Origin: Eledone cirrhosa
Taxonomy: Eukaryota
Assembly: GCA_964016885.1 (NCBI GenBank)
Contig: OZ024743.1
Span: forward strand, 95,542,001-95,606,000
Length of the DNA: 64,000 nucleotides
Reading direction: 5' to 3'
The notes below the pieces were generated by a model, which was given only the letters and a program-made list of their open reading frames with translations, made no database searches and was not told the origin of the DNA. The first letter of the stretch is position 1; each line of letters starts with the position of its first letter. The translations under genes were made by a program, and so were the position numbers. This document shows positions 51,772-62,800 of the stretch, in pieces.

Positions 51772-51882
51772 CATATAATAAAATAGTGTTGTATAATATA
51801 ATATAATATGATATAATATAATATAATAGATATAGAGAAAGGTAATATGATATCAGATAATGTAATATAATATAATATATCA
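51772..51882. repeat. (ATAAT)n-like low-complexity repeat
   Basis: TATAATATAATATAATATGATATAATATAATATAAT. Confidence 0.8.
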
Positions 51883-52292
51883 ACAGAATAAAACCATATC
51901 GGTTCTGTAAGTTTGTTATAAATATTCAAATAGAATTTGTAAATAGGATATTTAAGAAATCGTGGGCGCTAAGCAGAATGACGTTAGTGTTATCTTCATC
52001 ACGGAACATTCAATTCAGCAGCTTTATTTTCGTATATTTCTGTAAGAGATCTAATTTTCTGTGTTCTGTTTCCTGTTGTGTTAATGAGTCTACTATTTCT
52101 GTATGTTTTATTTAAGTAACAGATTTAATATATATGTTATACTGTACGTAAAATTTTACTGACCGTTCTAATGGTTCTACATTCATTTTGAACAGATCTA
52201 AGGTTTCTCTGTTCTGTATAATAGGTCAAATATCTTTATGCCTGTGTCATAAATATAGGATTTCTAAGAAATTGTGTTGACTTTGACAATGA

Positions 52293-52505
52293 TTTCTTAT
52301 ATAGGCACAAGGCCAGCAATTTGAAGAGGAGGGAAAGTCAATTTAATCAACCCCAGTGCATTACTGGTGCTTTATTTTAGCGACCCCGTAAGGATGAATG
52401 GCATAGTTAACCTCGGCGGGATTTGAACTCAGACTGTAAAGGACCGTAACTCTATGCTGCAAAGCATGGTGTTCAACTCTCTATCGATACTGCCAATCTA
52501 CCGCC
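52293..52505 (-). mobile_element. tRNA-derived SINE, family A
   Basis: Reverse complement of family A. About 22-bp TSD ATTGTGTTGACTTT[G/A]A[C/T]AATGA at 52271 and 52506. Confidence 0.9.
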
Positions 52506-52875
52506 ATTGTGTTGACTTTAATAATGAAGAATTTTCTTTGAATATTTTTTAGTTTAAAATATTCCTGTCTCACCTTTAGTCACTAATAACATGACTCAAT
52601 ATTTCTCCTAAGATATCCATTCGACCAACTGCTCAACCTGCAAAAAATAACATCGCAAATCCCTCAAATATTACTCTGACCTCTTAAAAGCGAACATACG
52701 TACAAAGGAATCTTATATATATATATATATATACAGACATTCGTCTCATTCTGACGTCACTAGCCTTGTTCTCCATGTGTGTTATTTTCATAATTCCGCA
52801 CGAGGTGTACTAGCCTGCTTTTAAATTCCCTTTCTGGCATATTTTAGCAGTGATTTTAGGGTTATCGTGTTTTGA

Positions 52876-52955
52876 GCCTACTGAGGAACGGTGCCAACCG
52901 TGACTAATCCCACTGAAAAGTTTCGTGAAATAGTCTTTTTAAGACTATATAGAGC
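52876..52955 (+). ncRNA. Type I hammerhead ribozyme in a pseudo-LTR-like module (about 52735-53204) flanked by (TA)n
   Basis: Stem I GC-CTA/TAGAGC. Core CTGAGGA 52881-52887. Stem II ACG/CGT with a long loop. GAAA 52927-52930. 8-bp stem III ATAGTCTT-TTT-AAGACTAT. Triplet AUA 52947-52949. Confidence 0.75.
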
Positions 52956-53220
52956 ATTTGTAGTTTTTCCAAATTGAAGGATGAGTATTTAAACTTTATT
53001 TTATTCTGAGTTAAGACTCTATTGGTTTTTTCCCTGGATTTCACAAAATCTGTGGATAAAATTTCTGTCTTGACTCTTTTTAATTGAGTTTGAATTATTT
53101 TCCCATATTTTACGTTAATTATTTTCCATTTTTACGTTAGAGTCACTTATATATTGTGAAATACTGTTGGCTTCTTGCTCACATTAATTTCTCTATTTTC
53201 ATTTATATATATATATATAT

Positions 53221-53645
53221 ACATGATTGTATGTATAGTATATTTGACAATATACCGTATGTTTAATTAAAAACATTTAGAAGACCATACGCTATCGGGT
53301 TTAACGTAGTGACTATGTCACTTCTTTTTGATGAAAGAGGGGACAGAAGCTGACAGTTTGTTTCACGCTGGTTGGCGTTCATCAGAGCCACGTACCCCCC
53401 CCCCCCCCTCCACTTTCGCCGAAAATTATAGAAGCTGGATTCTTATAGAATTCCAGTAATAATCAGGAGCTAATTATACAGAGCAATTGCCAGTCCAGCA
53501 AAAATTAGGTATTAGGATTGGTGCTCTGAAATAGCGATGTATACATGAATGTATGTATAGTATATTTGGCAATATACGGTATGTTTAATTAAAAACATTC
53601 AGAAGACCATAAGCTATCAGTTTTAAAGTAGTGACTATGTCACTT
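53221..53645. repeat. 322-bp-period partial tandem (103-bp direct repeats 53221-53323 and 53543-53645)
   Basis: ACATGA[T/A]TGTATGTATAGTATATTTG...GTAGTGACTATGTCACTT occurs twice, offset 322. (TA)n on both sides. Confidence 0.9.
53348..53389 (-). ncRNA. Minimal type I hammerhead ribozyme
   Basis: Minus strand GGCU-CUGAUGA-ACGC-CAACCA-GCGU-GAAA-CA-AAC-UGUC-AGCU. Complete CUGAUGA/GAAA core, 4-bp stems I and II, 3-bp stem III, GUC cleavage site. Confidence 0.8.
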
Positions 53646-53757
53646 ATATATTTATATATATATATTTACTCTTTTACTCTTTTACCTGTTTCAGCCATCC
53701 GGCCATATATATTAATTTGGCTCCCTCGGTTGAGCACTCTATTGACTTATATTCTTC

Positions 53758-55857
53758 ATGCAGAAACAACATCTGAATATTTCTACAAAGAACATACCCG
53801 TACCAAGCAGGAAAACCTACCTAAAACTCCTGATACAGAAAACAGACGCGTTCATTAAAAGGTTGCGATGGCGTGCCTTTTATTTCGATAATCAGGAAAA
53901 AGCAGACAACAAACAGGATAAATTTGGGTTTAAAACCTATAATAACCCTCCGAGTAACCCAGCTTTGCTACCCTTCGAAATTGATGTCTTGGAACACATG
54001 CGGACTATCATATTTCGGAATAGGAGCAATTCCTTACTGAAGAATAGATTTCGTTCTATTAAGGATTCTAATGCCGTGCACGTCTACTCCGACAAAACTG
54101 GCAATCTATATCAAGTGAAGCGCAGTACTTACCATCAACTGCTATATAATGCTGTAACTAAGGATTACTGTAAAACTAATCGGAGCGTCATTAATGAAAT
54201 CAACGATGTTGGGTTTAAAATCACCTCTTATCTCAACATCCCGGACCGGACTGAAACTCTGGACCCTATTTCTCCCCACTTTACCCTGAAGGATCACAAA
54301 TCCAATTTCTCGAACAACCCCTCTATTCGGCTTATTAACCCTACGAAGTCCGATTTAGGTAGACATGGTAAAAGTATTTTAGATAGAATTATACCTGAAA
54401 TTAGAAGTGTGGCCCCGCTTGCACTGTGGAACAATTCTTTCGCGGTGATTGATTGGTTCAACGGCATACGCAACAAGGTACATTGCCGTTTTATCCAATT
54501 CGACATCAATAATTACTACTGCTCCATCACTTTACCACTCCTTCTTAGAGCTATGAATTTCGCTAAAACACTCACAGTGGTTAAAGATTTCGAAGTTGAT
54601 GTCATCCTCAATGCCCGTAAGTCGGTGATTAATTTCGACGACTCTATTTGGATTAAAACATCTAATAGTACCCCATTCGACGTGTGTATGGGCGCCAGCG
54701 ATTCTGCGGAGGTTACTGATCTTATCGGCCTTTTCCTTCTTTTCTCTATCAAGGAAGAATTCCCCAACGTGCGCGGTGGTTTGTACCGTGATGACGGTCT
54801 TTGACCATGACTAAGTGCGGCCCACGTGCTTGCGACAGGTTCAGAAAAGAACTCACAGCCTTCTTTAAAGGCTTCACCCTCTCCATACAGGTTGAGGCCA
54901 ACCTCTCGGTCGTTAATTACCTCGATGTAACCCTCAATTTGTCGAATGGCTTTCACTACCCGTATAGAAAGCCGAATGATACGCTTAATTACATAAGTAA
55001 ACATTCTAACCATCCTGCCAGCATAACCAAGAACCTTGTAAGAAACGTTTCTTTGAGGCTTTCCCGTCTATCTACAAACGAGCATATTTTCAACGACCAT
55101 TCCACATATTACAATGAACCTCTTGCTCGGAGTGGATTTGTCGATAAGGTAGCTTATACAGAGTACAAGAATAGACCTAGGAAAAATAGATCCCGACGCA
55201 TTATAATATGGAGGTAGCCACACCGTTAGCTAAGATCTTTCTCTCCCTTATTATGAAGCATTTCCTCCAGCACATAAATATAGTAACATTTTTAATTGAA
55301 ATACCATTAAAATTTCTTACTCTACGACTTCTAACCTGGCACATAACATCACAACTTCAAATTTAACTAAATTACCTAGCCGTAGGAACACGTGCAACCC
55401 TGTAGCTAGTACTAACTGTAATTGTAGGAATCGGGTTGACTGCCCCCTATCCGGGAAATGCCTCTCTAGTAACATTGTCTACAAATGTAAGGTTGAAACA
55501 CCCACGTCCCGTAGGGCCTACATAGGGTTAACCGCCAATAGATTCAAGCAGCGTCTTTACATGCATACCCATTCTTTTCTTAACCCTTTAAGAAGGAATA
55601 TGACGTCACTTTAAGCTTATATCTGGAATCTAAAAGACAACCACACCCAATATAATTTACACTGGGAGATCCTAACTAGGGCTAGATCGTATAACGGAAA
55701 TAAAAGACCATGTGACCTCTGCGCCGCTGAGGCCCTGGAAATACTCTACGCCAAAGACCACATCTTAAACAAAAAATCTGAGGCAAGTTCGGCTTGTAAA
55801 CATAAATTGCACAAAAGCTTCCTGTATTACAGCCCCACATTATACCCTAACGGATAG
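53758..55857 (+). pseudogene. Penelope-like element ORF (RT plus C-terminal GIY-YIG endonuclease), Naiad-like, decayed
   Basis: N-terminal STKNIP and FIKRLRWRAF. RT motifs SDKTGNLY, FIQFDI, MGASDSAEV, LYRDDGL and NYLDVTLNL. Beyond the ORF track: linker CNCRNRVDCPLSGKC, then IVYKC...AYIGLT...FKQR, CDLCAAE and LNKKSE..SACKH; stop TAG 55855-55857. Frameshifts near 54802, 55213 and 55262; in-frame stops near 55297 and 55612. Confidence 0.92.
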
Positions 55858-56565
55858 TACGAATTATACGCGGATATTTCACGTCTTGATGTGGTAGCTA
55901 AGTATATGTTATATTTATACCATTACTTATTTGTATAGGTAAGTATATTTTACCTGTATGTTCTGTGAAGGTGCGTATACTTTCTCGTACGTATATTTGC
56001 TTGTATATGTTATGGCGTATGTATTATATATACTGGTCCGTGTGCATATGCATATGGTCATGCGTATACGTTAGTTTTGCGTCTGTGTGAGTATGTGGGT
56101 TCGTACGTATGTAGGGTGTGTGTATATGTGTATTTTGTGTTTTGGTTGACTTACGTCCGCGTACATACGTGTATTTGCAGGTGGTATGTGTGTGAGCGCG
56201 TTTATACTTAGTTATGTGTGTATATTTCTATACGTTTATATAATTATATGTATACACGGACGCTCACACACACATATATATATATATATATTTTTTTTTT
56301 ATATATATATTTGTATGTGTATTTGGTGTATACATTCGTATAGTGTGCGGGTACAGGCGTTGCGTGGGGTCTGTATGTGCGTGCGTGTTTTTATTATTTT
56401 TATTTTTTTGTGTACGTGCTTGTATTGGCATACCCATTGCGTGTGTTTTCGCATATGTTTGTGTATGTACGTATATGTTTGCGTGCATGTATATATTTAA
56501 TTTAAATTACCTCTGTAATTTATTTACTTTATTCTTAACTCTGAAGCAGGATATCATTCGGTTTC

Positions 56566-57046
56566 CTAATAGAATTTTAGTGTACGACTTCAGTTATACC
56601 ATTTACGTGGGTTTGTCTTTGCGTGTACTTGTTCTCACCGCTCCAGATAATGACGTATTATCTTCGTTTTTTCCGTTCATTGCCAGAGAACGTCTCCACG
56701 AACCACCTAATAGAATATTAGTGTACGACCTCTTTTATACCATAAACGTGGTTTTGTCTTTGCGTGTAATTGTTTTCAACGCTCCAAATTATGACGTATT
56801 ATCTTTGTCAGGGGCGGTGAATTGGCAGTATCGGTAGAGAGTCGGACGCTATGCTTTGCAGCATAGTTACATCTTTTACGGTCTGAGTTCAAATCCCGCC
56901 GAGGTTAACTTTGCCTTTCATCCTTACGGGGTCGATAAAATAAAGTACCAGTAATGTACTGGGTAATTGCTGGCCTTGTGCCAAAAGTAGAAACAATTAT
57001 CTTTGTCTTTATCCGTTCTTTGCCAGGGAACGTTTCCACAAACCAA
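56566..57046. repeat. Two copies of a 140-bp unit in the PLE 3' region; second copy split by a SINE
   Basis: CCTAATAGAAT[T/A]TTAGTGTACGAC at 56566 and 56706. The unit end CCGTTC.TTGCCAG.GAACGT.TCCAC.AACCA occurs before 56705 and again at 57012-57046. Confidence 0.85.
56811..56995 (+). mobile_element. tRNA-derived SINE, family A, with 12-bp TSD
   Basis: TSD ATTATCTTTGTC at 56798-56809 and 56996-57007. Confidence 0.92.
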
Positions 57047-57120
57047 AGTATCGTCTTCCTGTCTTTCTTCGGTTGCAACGTTTTTTGAAATATTTACTTC
57101 TGCGTTCACAGATTGATTTT

Positions 57121-57178
57121 TTTAGTTTCAGAAGATCCCGTTAAGGGTGAAAGCAGCGATTCTTTGCTTAAAATTTAA
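57121..57178 (+). ncRNA. Degenerate hammerhead ribozyme at the PLE 3' pseudo-LTR
   Basis: CAGAAGA (core CUGANGA with U>A), CCC-GTTAA-GGG, GAAA, GCA...TGCTT. Stem I is weak. Position downstream of the PLE ORF and before (TA)n fits a pseudo-LTR. Confidence 0.4.
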
Positions 57179-57281
57179 TCTGTTATTTTAATAAATATTT
57201 GCTCTACGGTTCTTATATATTTGATATATATTTATCCTTATCGAGCCCTCTTTGGATTTTAGTCTTCACATTTATTACTAT

Positions 57282-57283
<2 letters not shown>

Positions 57284-57328
<45 letters not shown>

Positions 57329-57393
57329 GTGTGTGTGTGTATATATGTGTGTGTGTGTGTGTATATATGTGTGTGTATATATGTGTGTGTATA

Positions 57394-57424
<31 letters not shown>

Positions 57425-57503
57425 ATATATGTGTGTGTATATGTGTGTGGGTGTGTGTGTGTGTGTATATGTGTGTGTGTATATATATATATATAAATAT
57501 ATG

Positions 57504-57545
<42 letters not shown>
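57284..57545. repeat. (TA)n/(TG)n compound microsatellite
   Basis: Directly visible. Confidence 0.95.
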
Positions 57546-57548
<3 letters not shown>

Positions 57549-57741
57549 GGAAGAAACAATTGTCAGCTAATAAATGTTCTAAACTAAAATTTTATCGTTT
57601 TAACACTTTGTATCTCGGCTCTGTAAAACACTTAAAAATTTGCATTGAGCCTTTTGTCATACCGGTAACCGGCTATTACTTAGAACTACCCTACATATTT
57701 ATAGTTATATCAAATACATATAAATATTACTATATATATAT

Positions 57742-57934
57742 ATAAAACGTTAAAGTTTCCTTTACACGTTCCTATTGATTATCGACCTGTTACGTACGTT
57801 GACTCAATGCCACCCATGGAAGCTATGTACACGACCTCCAGCATCGTCAGGCTTGGTGATTCACTTATCTGTGAAACCTACCTAAACAGGTCGATAATAA
57901 ATAGAAATATATAAACGAATCTTGATTGCTTTAT
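57742..57934. mobile_element. MITE-like foldback element, about 190 bp
   Basis: About 50-bp imperfect inverted repeats with perfect core ATTATCGACCTGTT (57778-57791) / AACAGGTCGATAAT (57885-57898). Confidence 0.6.
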
Positions 57935-58165
57935 TTCTTGATACGTGTGCATCGAGTGTTCGTATCGGTACCACCATAGTAAATTACTGGGACTAAACAA
58001 CATCGAACTGGAATGAGTGTTCTAGGTTTTCGATCAACAGAACACACTGATATTGAACTTAACGTATAAGTAGCTGTGCAGTCAACAGACACGTAATTCT
58101 CAACTAGATTCGGTGTAAGACAATGTATGACAAGGCTGGCACATTAAGTTACAAAAACAGACCAT

Positions 58166-58347
58166 ATAATTGTTTCTACTTTTGGCACAAGGCCAGCAAT
58201 TATCCCAGTGCATTACTGGTACTTTATTTTATCGACCCCGTAAGGATGAAAGGCAAAGTTAACCTCGGCGGGATTTGAACTCAGACCATAAAGGGTCATA
58301 ACTCTTTGCTGCAAAGCATGGCGTCAGACCCTCTACCGATACTGCCA
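58166..58347 (-). mobile_element. tRNA-derived SINE, family A
   Basis: Reverse complement of family A head, core and tail. Confidence 0.9.
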
Positions 58348-58693
58348 AATACTCGTATGCCAGGTAAAAAGACGAAATGGTTGGGGTTGAATTCTGTATG
58401 AACGATGTCTCGGGACATATAGAAATAGGTTTTACATCAGGTCAGAAGCCATCAAGTTTTATGAAATGAACTCGAAAGCACATATAAATGTACGTATCTT
58501 ACACCTTCTATAAATTACATAAATATTACTAAACATCACCATGTACAAATACCCCAGAAAAATATTATTTAATAGGAAAAATAATATGACAACTGCAGCA
58601 ACGATAAAAATAATAAGTATTTTACAAACGTCAATGGTCATTACAGAACACATTGAAAAATAAGCACTTCAGACATAAATATATTTGGTAAGC

Positions 58694-58806
58694 TTGACAC
58701 TTTATTTCACGTTGCTCCAGTTTACTCACCCAAGACACCTCCAATGAAATATACCTTAGAGGAGGCCAGCTAAACCTACATAGGTGTGAGCTATCACACA
58801 CACACA
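58694..58806 (+). mobile_element. 5'-truncated SINE, family B
   Basis: GACACTTTATTTCACGTTGCTCCAGTTTACTCA, plus the tail GGAGGCCAGCTAAACCT...(CA)n shared with 46348-46430. Confidence 0.7.
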
Positions 58807-59032
58807 GAGTATCGATATCAAATGTCTATATTAATGCCATTCTCGGCGATCGTTTTTGGTGATGCACCATATACCAACGTCCACATTTCTTCAATGAAAC
58901 AAACATCTCACATATTTTGCGTAAGTCTCACGCTTATCTCAAAGATAGATCTATAACATATAGAACCTTAAAGAATATCTGTAATTACCAACACCTACAC
59001 CGTGCCAAAACAAATATGAGAATTATAAAGTA

Positions 59033-59628
59033 CTAGCAGTGGTACCCGGCGTAAATCGTGGAAAAACTGCATGCCTGGAGAATATGTAAAGAAAATAAAC
59101 CGAATACTCTGATGGCTGGATTATCTTTAAGATTTTCCTCGATGAAGCAGGAAAAATACAGGTTTTCACCTAATGCGGGACCTAGGGGATCAAGAAAATG
59201 AATTTTTTATGTGCATAATATGCCTTGAAATTTCGGGAAAATCGGCTAGACGTAACGCCTCAAAAAAGCCCTAAAAAGCTGGAAAAAATGAGGTTTTTCA
59301 CCTAATGTGGGCCCTATGCCATAAAAAAGTTGGATTTTCTTTGCTCACAGTATGAAGAAGAGACTGACTAATACATAGTTACAATTTCAAGGAAATCGGT
59401 CTGACGTAACGCATCAAAAAAAAAAACAACCTAAAAAGCTGAAAAACGCAGTTTTTCTCCTAATGCGGGCCCTTAGGGATCAAAAGGTTGAATTTTATGT
59501 GCATAACACTCCCTGGAACATAAGTAATATACATGTAAAGTTTGAAAAAAAGTGGTTGGGTACTTCTTGAGTTTTAGGGATTCAAACTCACAAACACACA
59601 CAGACATCCTCAGTTTTATATATATAGA
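59033..59628 (-). mobile_element. Non-autonomous Helitron, 596 bp, with three internal 130-160-bp repeats
   Basis: Minus strand A|TCTATATATATAAAACTG... to ...GCCGGGTACCACTGCTAG|T (canonical A|TC..CTAG|T). Internal TTTT[CA/CT]CCTAATG[C/T]GGG units near 59163, 59295 and 59453. Confidence 0.8.
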
Positions 59629-59817
59629 TAACAAAAATATTAACCTTTGGCACCACTTACCAACATATCCACCTTGAAAATCATATCATGGATGGAAACT
59701 ATTACGTTCAACGACAATACTTGTCACAACCTAACTCCCAAACTTCTCCTCCATACCATTCTTACCACCGTCTATATTAGCAAATATTTCACATCCATTC
59801 CCCCCTTTATCCATTCA

Positions 59818-62800
59818 CTAGCTGAATGACCCGGCGTTGCCCGGGTTACTGCTGTTTTTATTCAGATTAGGAAACAATAAATATGAAGAATTTTTTTTTC
59901 TCATATTCACTTTACATAAAATATGTCAAAGTTGTAATGATAATAGAATTTAGAAATGAAAATCTCTTCAACCCGGTTTTACCATCTTCTTTTCTCAACC
60001 AATAAACCAACAAAAATCACAAAAAGGGAACACAAAAAAAATATATATATTAAGAATAGCAAACAGAAATCGTAATAAATTTTCTGTCGAAAACAAAAAA
60101 CAGCCAAAAAACAGTTTTTTTTTAACGGATGATAAAGTACTGTAAAGTTGTTGGAAGAGCCTGATAGAATGAGATGAGCAACAGCCAGAAGCACAGCAGC
60201 AGCAGTATTTCGAACTGTCCACCATTTAGGGTCGTAATCTTCAGTTTCGATATCAGATTTATGAGAGAGGTATATCGTGAATTATTGAGTTTTATCGATT
60301 TTCTTGCGTAATTGGGGATCAATTTTAAATATATAAATTCTGCATGACCTAATTGAAGCTATTTCGAATATTGATAAGTAATTTTCCATTGAAGGAGGTG
60401 TTTTTTTTAATCGTATAGAAAAGGAACATGCACACACACTCGCTTTTATAGATAATGATATATATATATCTGTATGTGAGTGTGTGTATGTGTTTGTATA
60501 TATATAAACTCTTTTTGTGTTAAATCATCTCAGTGGTAATGCACGTTACAGGACCTCTTTGTAGAATATGTTGCGGGTCATACCGTTGGGTGTGTATGAA
60601 AAAAGGGAGTCCTTACTCCCAACTCGCGAGCAGGCAACATAAAGTTGGCCATGAGCAAAGCAGGGCTCTTTTAGATGAATGCTCGCCACGGACAAAGTTT
60701 GACCCTGAGATTTGTTTATGGTGATCGCGAAGCAGGGCCTTACGGGAAACTGATGTCGCCTAAAACCTATCGGGATGTCCGTGGTCGAAGGTTGGATGCT
60801 TAGCCTTGGGATCATGACGGTCTCACCTTTACCACAACCAGTTAAAATGGTTGCTTCAATGAGATGGTTCGTCATTGATTTGACGACCATTCGAGTGCCG
60901 TTGCACTGTTTTGGGGGCGCATGTTACGCATAAGCATAATCGGACTGCCGACCTTGAGCTTCAGGATGTGGGGTGGGAGACCTGGGGAGTCAAGGCTATT
61001 CAAAAACTCTACTGGGTAATCCGTCTCCTCCTGTGGATCGGTGACGCGGTCTATAGACTTAAACATTTTCTCTTGGGCTGGAATCTTGCCGAGTAGCTCT
61101 TCGTTGAGAGGCATTAATAGCAGAGTTTTTTGGGGCTAGGATGGCTCTTGAACTAAGCCAATCTAAGTTAGTGTAGTTAACCTGTAAGGTTTGGAAAAAC
61201 AGCTTCTAAAAGGGCCTGAGGACTGTCAACTGTATTACTGACAGATGCCAGCGATACCTCACCCTTTTCGTTGGAAGGAAGTCGGCCTTCCCCTATAGCT
61301 AGGATGGCCTGGCCGAATTCAGCAGACGTGCTGTCCCCGAGCAACTGCACCCGCATGTTAACGCTCAGGCGGAGTGTCCGAACGATAGGCCAAAGCGTCG
61401 ACGACTTCAGGCATGCGCGGACTTCATCAGCCCTTGTCCCTTTGGGGATAACAGGCAGCGTTTGCCTGAAGTCACCCGAAAGCAGTAAAGTCACGCCACC
61501 CAAGGGTGCCGAAGAGTTCCTGATATCTTTTAAACTCCTATCTAATGCCTCCAGAGCACCCTTATGTGCCATGGTGCATTCGTCCCACACAATGAGGCAA
61601 TATTTTGCGAGAAGTGCCGCTTTGTCGGAGTGCTTGCTAATGTTGCACGTCGGCGTATCAGTTCGTGCGAGGTCCAACGGAAGCTTAAAGGCAGCATGAG
61701 CCGTCTTCCCTCCAGGCAGCAAGGTAGCGGCGATCCCCGATGAGGCGACCGCAAGGGCAATCTTTTTTTGTTGTCGAAGACGCGCCAAAATGAGGGAGGT
61801 AACGAAGGTTTTGCCTGTACCGCCAGAGGCATCAAGAAAGAAGACACAACCTAATCCACCCAGTGCACTGTCAACGACAGTCTCATAAGCAACCCTTTGC
61901 TCGGGAAGAAGCTTACGTTCATTTTCATCTAGGAAAGTTGTCAACATGGCGACATCGTAAGATGTCTCCAACAGAATATCTGGACCCAGCACACTAACAT
62001 TTTCCCTGCTGGCGGCTGGCAAGCCGTATGTTGGCAAGTCATTCCCCCCTAGTTGAAGGAGCCCTTCTTGGATGGAAATTAACCCTTGGTTGGAAATGAT
62101 TTCGGTGAACCCCACTTCTAAAGACGGATTTTGCCGTTTGGCTGTGCGGAGGAAGTCCTCGCACAAATCGTCCCTGTACTTCAGCCAAAGGGCTGAAGGG
62201 TTAGCTAAGCCACAATTGTGCAGCAAAAAGGCAAACAGTTCCCTTAATTTCTGTGGGGATTTCAGCAGAGCACCATCGGCGAGGGTCGAGTCCAATTGGG
62301 AGTCATCTTCCAAGAGACCAAGCCTAAAGCAAGCTTCTCGAAAAGTGTTGCAAAGTTCCCCGTTTACTGTTTTTAAGTCAAAGAAACCTTGCGGCCCCTT
62401 GACCTCGTGCAGAAGAATGCGCAGGTGAAAGCACTCAGGTTGGGTTGGGGGAACCGTGTAGACTCTACCGAGGCAGTCAGAAAATTTAACTCCCGGATGC
62501 GATTCAACTGCCTTGCCAGTTTTTCGCCGTACCCAGCTATTGCGGCGCCAAGTGAAGTAGGACGGCACCTGAGGGTAAATTAGAGTTCTCGCAAAAGCGT
62601 CTACGTGACAGAGCTTAAAGAAAGCGGTTAACGTAGTTTCTTTGGGGTTAGCCGCAACTTGAGCAGCATTTGCGGCCGTAAAGTAAACCCGCTGTCCGTT
62701 CTCTAAGTGGACCGCCAGGTTTGTGATTTTGGGGTACCTTTCATGAATAGAAAAACCAAAAATTCGCCAAAACCCTTCGTTTGTACTTATGTACCGGGCC

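Noticed and set aside
54802-54804. UGA right after YRDDGL as selenocysteine or readthrough
   Set aside because: Downstream RT homology continues in a different frame, so the TGA arises from a 1-bp deletion. The TGA near 55297 sits at a usual Arg position (CGA>TGA decay).
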